Below are positions 17,367 to 27,180 of a stretch of 64,000 bases of DNA, in pieces (positions within the stretch are counted from its first letter, which is position 1; each line of letters opens with the position of its first letter). Below the pieces are notes generated by a model. The model did not search any database. It was not told where the DNA came from and was given only the letters and a program-made list of their open reading frames with translations. This DNA is from an uncultured Gemmatimonadales bacterium (lineage in GTDB: Bacteria; Gemmatimonadota; Gemmatimonadetes; Gemmatimonadales; GWC2-71-9). Location: positions 114,644-178,643 of the forward strand of contig CAWHMT010000004.1 of NCBI GenBank assembly GCA_963830455.1, in the 5' to 3' direction. A program made the translations under genes and the position numbers.

Positions 17367-19236
17367 TCTCCAGGCGCAGGGCGACTGGCCGGTGTACGGC
17401 CGCGATCCGGGCGGCGCGCGGTTTTCGCCGCTCACCCAGATCACGCGCGCCAACGTCGCGCAACTGCGGGTCGCCTGGACGTATCACACCGGCATGCCCG
17501 ATATGGCCGGCATGCGGCACCGGCCACCGCAGCTCGAGGTCACGCCGCTCGTCGTGGACGGACTGATGTATCTCAGCACGCCGGTGGGTGTGATCGCGGC
17601 GCTCGACCCCGCGACCGGTGTCGAGCGCTGGCATTACGACGCCGGCGTCGACCCGCATCGCGGGTACGGCGACTTTGCGAGCCGCGGTGTCGCGTTCTGG
17701 CGCGATAACCGCGGAATTCCCAGCGCCGTCTGCGCGCGCCGCATCTTCGCCACGACGATCGACAGCCGGTTGCTCGCGCTCGACGCGGTGACCGGCAAGC
17801 CGTGCGCCGGCTTTGGAGCATCGGGGGCGATTGATCTCCGCGTTGGTCTGCGCGTGCCCCCCTCGGAGTTCCAGGCCTATGAAGTGACGTCGCCCCCCGT
17901 CGTCGTGGGCGATCTGGTCATCACCGGCTCGGCGGTTGCCGACAACAGCTCGCCGGCGCCGGCGAGCGGCGAGGTCCGGGCGTTCGATGCGCGCACCGGC
18001 GTGCTCAAGTGGACGTTCGACCCCGTGCCCCAGGATTCGGGCGACGCCGCCTTCAAGACGTGGGAGAGCGGCAGTGCCGCGCGTACCGGCGCCGCCAACG
18101 TCTGGTCGATCATGGTGGCGGATCCCGAGCGCGATCTCGTGTTTCTGCCGACGTCGAGCCCCGCGCCCGATTATTTCGGCGGGCTGCGGCTGGGAGAGAA
18201 CCGCTACGCCAATTCGATCGTGGCGCTGCGCGCCTCCACCGGCCGCGTGGTGTGGCACTTCCAGACCGTGCACCACGATTTGTGGGACTACGACAACGCG
18301 TCGCCGCCGGCGTTGACCACGGTAACGCAGAACGGTGCCGCCGTGCCCGCCGTCGTTCAGACCACCAAGTCGGGGATGATGTTCGTGCTCGACCGGCTGA
18401 CCGGGAAACCGCTGTTTCCCGTCGAGGAGCGAGCTGTCCCGGCCAGCCGCGTGGCGGGGGAGACAGCGTCTCAAACACAACCGTTTACGGCAGTTACGCC
18501 ATCGCTCGTGCCCCTCAGTTACACGGCGGACAGTGCCTGGGGGCCGACGCCGGAGGCACGGGACGCCTGCCGCAGCATCCTGGCCCCGCTCTGGACGGAG
18601 GGGCCGTTTACGCCCCCCTCGCTCCAGGGGACACTCTCCGTCCCGTCGAACATCGGCGGCGCCCACTGGGGCGGAGTCGCCATAGATCGAGGGCGCGGAC
18701 TCGCCGTCGTCCCGGTGAACCGGGTCGCAACGATGGTGCAGCTGTTTCCGGCCGAGGGGTTCAACGGCGACAGTATTCGGCGCGAGGATGCGGCACGCGG
18801 CATCACCGACTTCGAGTACACCCGCATGCGCGGCACACCCTACGTCATGCGCCGGCGGATCATTCTCGGCCCGAGCGGCCTGCCCTGCACGCCGCCGCCG
18901 TGGGGCGCGCTCGTCGCGGTGAACCTGGCCACCGGCGGCATCGCCTGGAACGTGCCCCTCGGCTCGATGGGCGGCGTCCCGGGATCACCGAATCTTGGTG
19001 GGCCGATCGCGACGGCAGGGGGCGTGGTCTTCATCGGCGCGACGCTCGATCGCCAGCTCCATGCGTTCGATATCGAGACCGGCCGGGAGCTGTGGAACGC
19101 CCCGCTCCCCGCCGGCGCGCGCGCCACACCGATGACGTATGAGGCGGGCGGCCGGCAGTTCGTCGTGATCGCGGCAGGCGGGGGCGGCCCGTTCGGGGCG
19201 GGCGACGCCATCATCGCGTTTGCACTTCCGAATTGA
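17338..19236 (+). CDS. PQQ-dependent (quinoprotein) dehydrogenase, glucose/quinate/shikimate dehydrogenase family, secreted
   Basis: Start at ATG 17338 (MLTLLLLVASLQAQG signal). DWPVYGRDPGGARFSPL, repeated propeller motifs (ALDAVTGK, AFDARTGVLKW, ALRASTGRVVWHFQTVHHDLWDYD, AFDIETGRELW). Confidence 0.85.
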   Translation: MLTLLLLVASLQAQGDWPVYGRDPGGARFSPLTQITRANVAQLRVAWTYHTGMPDMAGMRHRPPQLEVTPLVVDGLMYLSTPVGVIAALDPATGVERWHYDAGVDPHRGYGDFASRGVAFWRDNRGIPSAVCARRIFATTIDSRLLALDAVTGKPCAGFGASGAIDLRVGLRVPPSEFQAYEVTSPPVVVGDLVITGSAVADNSSPAPASGEVRAFDARTGVLKWTFDPVPQDSGDAAFKTWESGSAARTGAANVWSIMVADPERDLVFLPTSSPAPDYFGGLRLGENRYANSIVALRASTGRVVWHFQTVHHDLWDYDNASPPALTTVTQNGAAVPAVVQTTKSGMMFVLDRLTGKPLFPVEERAVPASRVAGETASQTQPFTAVTPSLVPLSYTADSAWGPTPEARDACRSILAPLWTEGPFTPPSLQGTLSVPSNIGGAHWGGVAIDRGRGLAVVPVNRVATMVQLFPAEGFNGDSIRREDAARGITDFEYTRMRGTPYVMRRRIILGPSGLPCTPPPWGALVAVNLATGGIAWNVPLGSMGGVPGSPNLGGPIATAGGVVFIGATLDRQLHAFDIETGRELWNAPLPAGARATPMTYEAGGRQFVVIAAGGGGPFGAGDAIIAFALPN

Positions 19237-19253
19237 ATTCCCTAACCTAGAGG

Positions 19254-20219
19254 GTGTCTGACGCGACCGGTCCCACTTTCCAAGCCCCGCTTCCCGTAGT
19301 CATCGATACCGACCCCGGCATCGACGATTGCCTGGCCCTGCTCCTGGCGCTCAACTCCCCCGAGCTCGACGTGCGCGCCATCTCGATCTCGTACGGCAAC
19401 ACCGTCGTCGAGCACGCGTTCCGCAACGCGGTCGAGATCATCCGCAGAGCCAAACACGGGGAGGGGGCGCGCGTGCCGATTGGCATCGGCGCCCGCCGTC
19501 CGCTCAAACGGCAGCTCCAGGTCGCGGATGACACGCACGGCCCGTCGGGCCTCGGCTATGCCGATCTGCCGCCGGCCGGCGTGATTCTCGACTATGTGCG
19601 GCCGTTGGAGCGACTGCTCGAGGCGCAGCCCGAGCCGGTCACGCTCGTCACGCTCGGCCCCGTGACGAGTCTCGCGCTGGTGTTGCGCGCGAATCCGAAC
19701 CTGGTCCACGAGAAGGTCGCGCGCCACGTTGCGATGATCGGCAACATCGAAGCGGCCGGAAACCAGACGCGCTTCTCCGAATTCAACGCCTGGTGCGACC
19801 CCGAAGCGCTCGCGACCGTGCTCGCCGCCGAGATCCCGACGGAAATGATCGGGCTGGACGTCACGCGCAAAGTGATCATGAAAGGGAACGAGGTGGAGCG
19901 GCTCGCGCAGCACGCGCCCTGGCTGTACGAGGCGCTGCGGTTCTACGTCGAATTCCACAAGCAGCAGGAGGGACTCGACGGGGCCGTGATCAATGACGTG
20001 CTCGCCATTGCCTACCTCATGCAGCCCGACGTGCTGACGTTCAGCGACCTGCGGATCTCGGTGGACCTGGACGACGGCCAGCGTCGCGGCCGCACCAGGC
20101 TCGATCCCAAGGGCTCGTTCGCGCGCGTGGCGATGGATGTGCATCCAGCGCCCGTGCGGCGCATGCTGTTCGAGCGCGTCCTCCCGGCCGGTGCGCCCGT
20201 CGAGGAGGCGCTGGCATGA
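19254..20219 (+). CDS. Inosine/uridine-preferring nucleoside hydrolase
   Basis: VVIDTDPGIDDCLALLLAL (DxDxxxDD Ca-binding fingerprint), GNIEAAGNQTRFSEFNAWCDPEA. Confidence 0.9.
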   Translation: MSDATGPTFQAPLPVVIDTDPGIDDCLALLLALNSPELDVRAISISYGNTVVEHAFRNAVEIIRRAKHGEGARVPIGIGARRPLKRQLQVADDTHGPSGLGYADLPPAGVILDYVRPLERLLEAQPEPVTLVTLGPVTSLALVLRANPNLVHEKVARHVAMIGNIEAAGNQTRFSEFNAWCDPEALATVLAAEIPTEMIGLDVTRKVIMKGNEVERLAQHAPWLYEALRFYVEFHKQQEGLDGAVINDVLAIAYLMQPDVLTFSDLRISVDLDDGQRRGRTRLDPKGSFARVAMDVHPAPVRRMLFERVLPAGAPVEEALA

Positions 20220-21181
20220 CGATTCCCCGGAAAGTGGCGGTCATCGGTGCCGGCGACATCGGCATCGGCTGGGCCGCGCTGTGCGCCTCGGCAGGATGGT
20301 CGGTGGCGATCTTCGACTTGAACCCGAACACGCTGGAGCGCGCGTCGGAAGAGATCGAGCGGCGGACGCGGGCACTCGTAGCGCTCGATCGCGCGCCCGC
20401 GGGGATCGTGGAGCGTGGCCTGCGCGAGCTGGTACGCGCGAAATTTCTGAGCGAAGCGGTCCAGGATGCGGACTGGGTGATCGAGGCGATTCATGAGGAC
20501 GTGCTCGCGAAGCAAAAACTGCACGCGGCGCTCGAGCAGTCCGTGGGCGGCGACGTGCTCATCAGCTCATCGTCGAGCGGCCTCGCGCCCACGGAGATCT
20601 TTGGCCGCTGCCGGCGGCTGGACCGTTGTCTCGTCACGCATCCGCTCAGTCCAACGGAGCTCATCCCCATCGTCGAAGTCGTTCCCGAAGGGCGTACTTC
20701 GCCCGCGACCATCGCGCGCGCCGCGGATTATCTGCGCGCCCTGGGGCGGCACCCCATCGTGCTGAAGAAGGCGATTCCCGGGTACGTGGTCGGGCGAGTC
20801 GCCGCCGCGGTGTGGCGCGAGTGCATCGATCTCGTGTTGCGCGGGGTGATTTCGGTGGACGATCTCGACCGGGCCGTCTCGCTGGGGCCGGGCATCGGGT
20901 GGGCGGCGGCCGGGCCGCACCTCACGTATCACCTCGCCGCGGGCGAGGGCGGGATCCGCGGTTTCACCCAGCACCTGCTTGCGAGCTTCGAGAGTTGGTG
21001 GCAGCAGCTCGCTCACTGGGCCCAGCTCGACCCTGAACAGCAGCGAACCTTGATTCAGGGCATCGAGCGGGCGTATAAAGGAAAGGTCGAGTTCCTGCGT
21101 GAAGCGCGAGACAGGCGTCTCAACGCCATTCTCAAGGCGTTGGAGCAGTCGCGCGCACCATCAGAATCGGAATCCGGCTGA
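20216..21181 (+). CDS. 3-hydroxyacyl-CoA dehydrogenase family protein (LcdH/lambda-crystallin-like)
   Basis: Rossmann KVAVIGAGDIGIGWA. C-terminal 3HCDH domain IPGYVVGRV. 4-nt overlap with the upstream gene (ATGA). Confidence 0.8.
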   Translation: MTIPRKVAVIGAGDIGIGWAALCASAGWSVAIFDLNPNTLERASEEIERRTRALVALDRAPAGIVERGLRELVRAKFLSEAVQDADWVIEAIHEDVLAKQKLHAALEQSVGGDVLISSSSSGLAPTEIFGRCRRLDRCLVTHPLSPTELIPIVEVVPEGRTSPATIARAADYLRALGRHPIVLKKAIPGYVVGRVAAAVWRECIDLVLRGVISVDDLDRAVSLGPGIGWAAAGPHLTYHLAAGEGGIRGFTQHLLASFESWWQQLAHWAQLDPEQQRTLIQGIERAYKGKVEFLREARDRRLNAILKALEQSRAPSESESG

Positions 21182-21566
21182 CGTGTCGTAATGCTGTCGC
21201 GGTGGTGCCATGAACCACATCGCCCAATAGCGAGTGTCCGTGAGTCGCCATGGCGATCAGATCCACCTTCTCCCGCTCCGCCGCCGCCGCGATTTCCTTG
21301 GCCGGATCCCCCGCCGCCAGCACCGCATCGACCTCGACGCCCGCCTGCCGCAGCTGCCGGGAGACGCGCTCCAGGTAGGCACGGTCTTCCTTCATTTCCT
21401 GCGATTCGCGCAGGTTGAGCTGCTCCATGTTGCGCGCCGCCCACCCGTCGGCGACGTGGAGCAGCAACACTTCAGAACCCAGCAGCTTCGCGAGGCCGGT
21501 GACGTGCTTCAGAATCGCCTCGTCGGCGGGGCCGTTCTCGAGCGGCACCAGGATCCGCTTGTACAT
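21132..21566 (-). CDS. Universal stress protein (UspA family)
   Basis: [22 protein letters not shown]...VDLIAMATHGHSLLGDVVHGTTATALRHVSRIPILMV. ATG shares one nt with the mntH TGA stop (TGATG). Confidence 0.85.
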   Translation of the reverse strand: MYKRILVPLENGPADEAILKHVTGLAKLLGSEVLLLHVADGWAARNMEQLNLRESQEMKEDRAYLERVSRQLRQAGVEVDAVLAAGDPAKEIAAAAEREKVDLIAMATHGHSLLGDVVHGTTATALRHVSRIPILMVRATAPTP

Positions 21567-22906
21567 CAGGTGACCCAGCCCTTGAACGTCTGCACCAGGA
21601 GCCAGACGTTCAACGTCGCGATGAAAACCGCAACAAAGTACGCGAGGACCTTCAGCCAGCTGGTGTTCACGAACTCGCCCATCTTCAGGCGGTCCGACGT
21701 AAACATCACCAGGGGGAAGACCGCAAACGAGAGCTGCAAGCTCAAGATCACCTGGCTGAGGATCAGGAGTTGGGCGGTGCCGTGCTCGCCGAAGAAAATA
21801 GCCGTCAGCGCGGCGGGCACAATCGCGATCAACCGGGTGATCAGCCGCCGCAGCCACGGCCGGATCCGGATATTGAGGAAGCCTTCCATCACGATCTGGC
21901 CGGCCAGAGTGCCGGTGAGGGTGGAGTTCTGCCCCGAGGCGAGCAGCGCGAACGCGAACACGGCGCTGGCCCCGGTAACGCCGAGCAGCGGCGTCAGCAG
22001 GCGATAGGCATCCTGAATCTCCGCGACGCCCGTTTCGCCGGCGCGATGGAACGTCGCCGCCGCAACGATGAGGATCGCCGCGTTGATGAATAGCGCGAAC
22101 GAGAGTGCGACGGTCGAGTCGACAAAAGCGAATTTCACCGCTTCCCGTTTGCCCGCCGGCGTCTCGTCGTAGCTGCGCGTCTGCACCACGGAGGAATGGA
22201 GATACAGGTTGTGCGGCATCACGGTCGCACCCAGGATACCGATCGCGATATACAGTTTGTCGGGGTCCTTTAGAATGGTCAGCCGCGGCAGGAAGCCGGA
22301 GAGCACGTCGCCCGCATCGGGCTTCGAGATGAGAATCTCGAACAGGAAGCAGCCGGCGATCGTCGCGATCAGCACAACGACGAGCGCCTCGAGCAAACGG
22401 AAGCCCCTCTGCTGCATGTACAGCACGATCAACACGTCGAGCGCGGTGATCGCGATGCCCCAGGGCAACGGAATGCCAAACAGCAGATTCAGGGCGATCG
22501 CCGAGCCGATGACCTCCGCGAGGTCGCACGCGGCGATAGCGATTTCGCAGATCACCCAGAGGAAGAACGACACCGGCTTCGAGTAGTGATCGCGGCACGC
22601 CTGTGCGAGGTCGCGGCCGGTCACGATGCCGAGCTTCGCCGCGAGGCCTTGCAGTAGAATCGCCATCAGGTTGGACAGTAGAATGACGGTGAGGAGCGTG
22701 TATCCGAAGCGCGCGCCACCCGCGAGATCAGTGGCCCAGTTGCCGGGGTCCATGTAGCCGACGGCAACGAGATAGCCGGGGCCCGCGAACGCGAGCGCTT
22801 TTCTCCACCAGCCTACCTTGTTGACCGGAACCGTGCGGTAGACTTCGGCAAGGCTCGGCGCGAACCGGGGACGGCGCCACCCACCGTCGATGACGCTATT
22901 CGCCAT
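21566..22906 (-). CDS. mntH: Nramp-family divalent metal (Mn2+/Fe2+):H+ symporter
   Basis: Start at ATG 22906 (MANSVIDGG). [19 protein letters not shown] (DPGN motif), MPHNLYLHS. Overlaps the mntR stop by 11 nt. Confidence 0.9.
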   Translation of the reverse strand: MANSVIDGGWRRPRFAPSLAEVYRTVPVNKVGWWRKALAFAGPGYLVAVGYMDPGNWATDLAGGARFGYTLLTVILLSNLMAILLQGLAAKLGIVTGRDLAQACRDHYSKPVSFFLWVICEIAIAACDLAEVIGSAIALNLLFGIPLPWGIAITALDVLIVLYMQQRGFRLLEALVVVLIATIAGCFLFEILISKPDAGDVLSGFLPRLTILKDPDKLYIAIGILGATVMPHNLYLHSSVVQTRSYDETPAGKREAVKFAFVDSTVALSFALFINAAILIVAAATFHRAGETGVAEIQDAYRLLTPLLGVTGASAVFAFALLASGQNSTLTGTLAGQIVMEGFLNIRIRPWLRRLITRLIAIVPAALTAIFFGEHGTAQLLILSQVILSLQLSFAVFPLVMFTSDRLKMGEFVNTSWLKVLAYFVAVFIATLNVWLLVQTFKGWVT

Positions 22907-23597
22907 CGGTCCCCTCCGGGCGGCAGAAGAGCAGCAACCCCAGCTCCTGGCCGACGACGCGTGTCGTGCCGTCACTGAGCCGCACGATCGTCGGGCCGTT
23001 GAACGGCTGCCGATCGACGGGCGTGAGATGCACGCCCGGCGTGAGGCCCTGCTCGGCGAGATAGTGCAATCGCTCCGGATCTTCGTCGCCCACTTCCTGC
23101 AGCACCACGGAGGTACCCACCTCCGCCTGAGCGAGCGTGACGAGCTCCGCTTCTTCGATTTCACCGGCGGCCGTTGGAATCGGGGCGCCGTGGGGATCGT
23201 AACGCGGCTCGCCGAGCGCGTCCGCCATCCGCTCGATCAGCTTCTCGGAGGCGGCGTGCTCCAACCGCTCGGCCTCGACGTGCACGTCACCCCAGTCGAA
23301 CCCGAGCTTGCTCGTGAGATACGATTCCAGAATGCGATGACGACGAATCATCTGGAGCGCCGCGCGGCGACCCTGCGGCGTCAGTTGCACGCCGCGATAG
23401 GGTACGTGCTCGATGAGCCCGGTTTCGGAGAGGCGCTTCATCATGCCACTCACCGACGGCGGCGCGACTTCGAGCATTTCTGCAATGCCGCTCGTCGTGG
23501 CGAACCCGCCCTGACTGGTGAGGTGAAAAACAGACTTGAGATAGTCTTCGACCGATCGCGTGAGCGGCGGTTGGGGCGCCCGCGTCCCTGCGTTCAC
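22896..23597 (-). CDS. mntR: DtxR/MntR-family metal-dependent repressor with C-terminal FeoA/SH3-like domain
   Basis: [12 protein letters not shown]...[22 protein letters not shown]...[10 protein letters not shown]. Start chosen at GTG 23597, preceded by GGAGGA. The ORF-track TTG 23624 lies inside a TTGACA hexamer and lacks an SD. Confidence 0.8.
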   Translation of the reverse strand: MNAGTRAPQPPLTRSVEDYLKSVFHLTSQGGFATTSGIAEMLEVAPPSVSGMMKRLSETGLIEHVPYRGVQLTPQGRRAALQMIRRHRILESYLTSKLGFDWGDVHVEAERLEHAASEKLIERMADALGEPRYDPHGAPIPTAAGEIEEAELVTLAQAEVGTSVVLQEVGDEDPERLHYLAEQGLTPGVHLTPVDRQPFNGPTIVRLSDGTTRVVGQELGLLLFCRPEGTDGE

Positions 23598-23636
23598 GAG
23601 TCCTCCAGTGCAATACACTGTCAACGAGACAGGGCA

Positions 23637-23667
23637 TTAGGCTATCCTAAATCGCAGATACTGTCAA
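23637..23667 (-). promoter_or_regulatory. mntR-mntH-usp promoter with overlapping DtxR-type operator
   Basis: On the minus strand: TTGACA (23667-23662), 17 nt, TAGCCT (23644-23639). The near-palindrome TTAGGCT/ATCCTAA (23637-23650; 6 of 7 arm positions pair) resembles half of the DtxR/IdeR box TTAGG..CCTAA and covers the -10. Confidence 0.5.
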
Positions 23668-23690
23668 GCGAAGTTGTGGATTTTGTAAGA

Positions 23691-24266
23691 CTAAGAAACT
23701 AGGCTAATTAGCGGTGTGAGAATGCGCTCGCTCATCCCCCAGATAGTGTGTTTTCCGATGGTATATGCGGGTAGTACCTGTCGGGGGATGCCAGGATGAT
23801 CGACCGTGATCGTCCCACGCCCCCCCGGCGCTTGCAGCGCGCGAAAAGGCACCCAGAAGGCGGCTTGGACCTCCGGGCTGGGGACAATCCTCGGCTGGGC
23901 TGTCAACGAGAATACAAATGGTCGAACCCGGACGGGTGGGAGGACGGGCGTGCGCGGGTAGAGGTCATCGAGGACGCCGAGACGCTCGGCAGCTGATAAG
24001 TCGACGCCGATTTCCTCGAGCGTCTCACGAGTCGCGGTGGTCAGCAGGTCGGGATCGGTGGGTTCGCGACGTCCGCCGGGAAAGGCGATCTGTCCCGACC
24101 ACGTATCGCCGGCGCGCACGGCGCGATGGATGAACAGCGCCTCCAGCCCTTCGTCGCCGTCGTGTAGGATTACCGCGACGGCCGCGGCAATCATCCCAGT
24201 TTCAAACGGGATTTCGACAGCTCGGTAATCGCGCAGCGTGCGCCGCGCGTCGTTCACGGTAGCCAA
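23691..24266 (-). CDS. NUDIX hydrolase (CoA pyrophosphatase-like)
   Basis: Nudix box GGRREPTDPDLLTTATRETLEEIGV. TTG 24266 or the GTG three codons later as start. Confidence 0.85.
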   Translation of the reverse strand: MATVNDARRTLRDYRAVEIPFETGMIAAAVAVILHDGDEGLEALFIHRAVRAGDTWSGQIAFPGGRREPTDPDLLTTATRETLEEIGVDLSAAERLGVLDDLYPRTPVLPPVRVRPFVFSLTAQPRIVPSPEVQAAFWVPFRALQAPGGRGTITVDHPGIPRQVLPAYTIGKHTIWGMSERILTPLISLVS

Positions 24267-24270
24267 GAGT

Positions 24271-24298
24271 CCCTAGTCCCCACCCCTAGCCCCTAAGC
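24271..24298. repeat. C-rich (i-motif / G-quadruplex on opposite strand) element, copy B
   Basis: CCCTAGTCCCCACCCCTAGCCCCTAAGC: four C3-4 tracts with 1-4 nt loops. Shares the CCCTAGTCCC prefix and AAGC suffix with copy A at 31121-31149. Spans the SDR stop codon and the 26-nt gap to the NUDIX gene. Confidence 0.5.
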
Positions 24299-25087
24299 AG
24301 AGACCTCCTCGCCTCCATCGACATTAATCACATTGCCCGTGATCCAGTCCGCTCCGGGATGCGACAGCGCCACGATAGCGCCGCCCAGGTCCCGCGGCGT
24401 CGTGAGCCGGTGATGCGGGTTTCGCTGAGTGGCGATCTCAACGAGTTTCTCGTTCCCCGGGATCTTCCGGAGTGCCGGCGTGTCGGTGACGCCGCCGCGC
24501 AGCGCGTTGACCGTGATCTCGCGGGGCGCGAGCTCGAGCGCGAGCTGGCGCGTATGCGACTCGAGCGCCGCTTTGGCCGCCGAGACCGCGCCGTACGTCG
24601 CGAACACGCGGGTCGAGCCGGAGGAGGTCATCGAAAAGATCCGGCCGCCCTTCCCCATCAGGCCATGCTTCACGACGCCCTGCGACCAGTACACCAGCGA
24701 GTGCGCCATCACATCGAGCGTCATGTCGATGTTCGCCTTGTTCAACACGTCATCGCCGATGTAGGGCTTCAGGGTCCCAAACGCGAGCGAGTGCAGCAGC
24801 ACGGCAACGTTCAGCTTCTGTTTGGTGAGCTCGGCGAGGACTTCGTTGCGCTTTTCTTCGTCGGCCGCGTTGATGTTGAAGTATTGCGTCTTGCGGCCGA
24901 GCTTCTCGATGTCGCGACGAATCTCGGCGACGTGCTCGAGACCGGCTTTGCGGTCCAGGTGTACGCCGACGATGTCGTAGCCGGCCTGCGCCAGCGCGCG
25001 GGCCGCGCCTTCACCGAATCCGCTCGAAGCCCCGAGAATGAGCGCCCATTTGGGCGTCTGCAGCTGTGCGTGTGCGTTGTCTGACAT
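24293..25087 (-). CDS. Short-chain dehydrogenase/reductase (enoyl-ACP-reductase-like SDR)
   Basis: ALILGASSGFGEGAARAL (TGxxxGxG-like), YGAVSAAKAAL (YxxxK). ATG 25087 (MSDNAHAQ) preferred over GTG 25105. Confidence 0.8.
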   Translation of the reverse strand: MSDNAHAQLQTPKWALILGASSGFGEGAARALAQAGYDIVGVHLDRKAGLEHVAEIRRDIEKLGRKTQYFNINAADEEKRNEVLAELTKQKLNVAVLLHSLAFGTLKPYIGDDVLNKANIDMTLDVMAHSLVYWSQGVVKHGLMGKGGRIFSMTSSGSTRVFATYGAVSAAKAALESHTRQLALELAPREITVNALRGGVTDTPALRKIPGNEKLVEIATQRNPHHRLTTPRDLGGAIVALSHPGADWITGNVINVDGGEEVSA

Positions 25088-25110
25088 GGCGATATAATAG
25101 CCCACCTACA

Positions 25111-26364
25111 ATGAGAAGCCACGTGTGGATGGGAATCGGCCTGTTTCTTGGCCTTTTGGTCGGCCTCGCGGCTTGGACCCTCGCGCGCTCCGGCTACTCC
25201 GGGCTCGCCGATTTCGTCGTTGGCCTCCGTCCGCTGGGCACGCTCTTCATCAATCTGCTCTCGATGGTCGTCATCCCCCTCGTCGCCGCGGCGCTGTTCG
25301 CGGGCATCGCGAAGCTCGGCGATCTGCGGACCGTCGGCCGTCTGGTCGGGCGCTCGCTGGCGTTCTTCTGGGCCACGGCACTCGCGGCGATCGTCATCGG
25401 CTTCCTCGCGGGCTCGGCCCTCCTCCCGGGATCGTTCATGAGTCCCGAGCAGCAAACCGCGTTGCGCGCCGCGGCCGGCAGCGACATCAGCGTCATTCAG
25501 CGAACCGCCGAGACCATCCCGACAGGGCTTCAGTTCATCGTCCAGCTCGTGCCGGCGAACCCGTTCAAGGCCGCCGCCGACGGCAATCTGCTCCCGGTCA
25601 TCGTGTTCGTCACGATTTTCGGCGTTGCGGCCGCCGCGTTGCCGGTCGAGAAACGCGCCCCCCTCACCACGATCGCCGACTCGGTCACCGAGACGCTGAT
25701 CCGCATCATCCACTGGGTGCTGTGGTTCGCGCCCGTCGGGATCTTCGCGCTGGTGGCGCCGCTGGTGGCGCAATTCGGCGGGCCGCTCCTGCTCGCGATG
25801 GGCCGATTCATCATCGCCGTGATCGTCGGTTTGTTCGTGTTCATCGCCGCCGTCTATTTGCCCTGCGTTACCGTGATCGCCCGGCTGGCGCCGCTCCGCT
25901 TCCTGCGCGCGGCGTACCCCTCCATGCTGATGGGATTCTCGGCGACATCATCCATGGCGGCGCTCCCGATGATGCTCGAGGCCGCCGATACGGAGCTGCG
26001 GATCCCACGTCCCGTGTCCGGCTTTGTCCTGCCACTTGCGGCCACGATCAACCGCGGCGGCAGCGCGGTGTTTCAGGCGATCGCGGTGGTCTTTATCGCG
26101 CGCCTCTACGGAATCCCCTTCGGGTTCGGCGAGATGTTTGCCGCGGGGGCAGCCGTGTTTTTCTCCTCGCTGACCGTCGCGTCGGTACCGTCGGCCAGCG
26201 TCATCAGTCTGTTCCCGGCTTTTCAGTCCACCGGGCTACCCATCGCCGGTCTCAGCATCCTGCTGGGCCTCGACCGCATCCCCGACATGTTTCGGACGAT
26301 GACGAACGTCACAGGCCACCTCACCAGCGCCGTCGTCGTCACCGCGCTCGAAAACAGAAAATGA
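25111..26364 (+). CDS. Dicarboxylate/amino acid:cation symporter (DAACS, GltP/DctA-like)
   Basis: Start ATG 25111 (MRSHVWMGIGLFLGLLVG), 12 nt after a TATAAT hexamer (25093-25098). SSMAALPMMLE and PLAATINRGGSAVFQ motifs. Confidence 0.9.
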   Translation: MRSHVWMGIGLFLGLLVGLAAWTLARSGYSGLADFVVGLRPLGTLFINLLSMVVIPLVAAALFAGIAKLGDLRTVGRLVGRSLAFFWATALAAIVIGFLAGSALLPGSFMSPEQQTALRAAAGSDISVIQRTAETIPTGLQFIVQLVPANPFKAAADGNLLPVIVFVTIFGVAAAALPVEKRAPLTTIADSVTETLIRIIHWVLWFAPVGIFALVAPLVAQFGGPLLLAMGRFIIAVIVGLFVFIAAVYLPCVTVIARLAPLRFLRAAYPSMLMGFSATSSMAALPMMLEAADTELRIPRPVSGFVLPLAATINRGGSAVFQAIAVVFIARLYGIPFGFGEMFAAGAAVFFSSLTVASVPSASVISLFPAFQSTGLPIAGLSILLGLDRIPDMFRTMTNVTGHLTSAVVVTALENRK

Positions 26365-26366
26365 GC

Positions 26367-26969
26367 TTAGAAGTAGAGTCCGACAATCAGTGACACGTTG
26401 ACGCCCGACAGAAACCAGCCGTTTTCTTTGACCTCATCAGTGCCGTTTTCCGTGCGCCGGTGCAAGCGTCCTGCCGATACGCTCGCGGTGCCGCCAAGAC
26501 TCAAGTTCGGCGTAATCCAGTATCCGGCTCCCAACTCGCCGAGGAGACCTGCACTCCACGAGCTCGTTCGGAACACATTGCCGGAAAAGGTCTGCTTAAG
26601 GTCCTCATAGGATCCGATAACGCCAATTGACTGAAATGAGCGCACTTTGTGCCGGGATGCCTGATAGAACCGTTTTCCCAAGCCGGCGGCGAAGAATACT
26701 GATCGATCATTCTGGTCTTCCGACACACCGACCGCCGTCCGCGTTCCGTTCAGATATTCTCCCCTGAAGTCCAGGCGAAGCATCAGGGCCGACCGCGGGC
26801 TGGAAAACCGCAGGATGCCGACATTGGCCACGCCGAAGCTGCCGCCGGCGCCGAATTGCACCGCCCACTGACCGGCGTGAAATCCGGTGGTATCGGTGGC
26901 AGTCTCTTGCGCGGCGACGTAGCCGGGGAGCAGTGACACTGCGAGAACGAAGGCTTTGAGCGAGGGCAT
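26367..26969 (-). CDS. Outer-membrane beta-barrel protein (OmpW/OMP_b-brl-like)
   Basis: Start ATG 26969 with SD GGAGG 6 nt upstream. Signal MPSLKAFVLAVSLLPGYVAAQE, alternating amphipathic strands, C-terminal ...LIVGLYF. Confidence 0.7.
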   Translation of the reverse strand: MPSLKAFVLAVSLLPGYVAAQETATDTTGFHAGQWAVQFGAGGSFGVANVGILRFSSPRSALMLRLDFRGEYLNGTRTAVGVSEDQNDRSVFFAAGLGKRFYQASRHKVRSFQSIGVIGSYEDLKQTFSGNVFRTSSWSAGLLGELGAGYWITPNLSLGGTASVSAGRLHRRTENGTDEVKENGWFLSGVNVSLIVGLYF

Positions 26970-27180
26970 GACCGACCTCCGATGAGATTGTGGTCGCGGA
27001 ACGACACGCGCTTCGCCAGCCCGGATTGGAAGAAGAGTGCCACGTCTTTTTTCTTGGAAGAGGCTTGAGTCTGCTGGTGATTTGTATTTGGAAGAACAGG
27101 GGGGTGTGTCCATCGACGGGGACACGTTGACCTCATCGGCGCGGCGATTTCACGACACGCCGCCCCAAAAGTCATAATCT

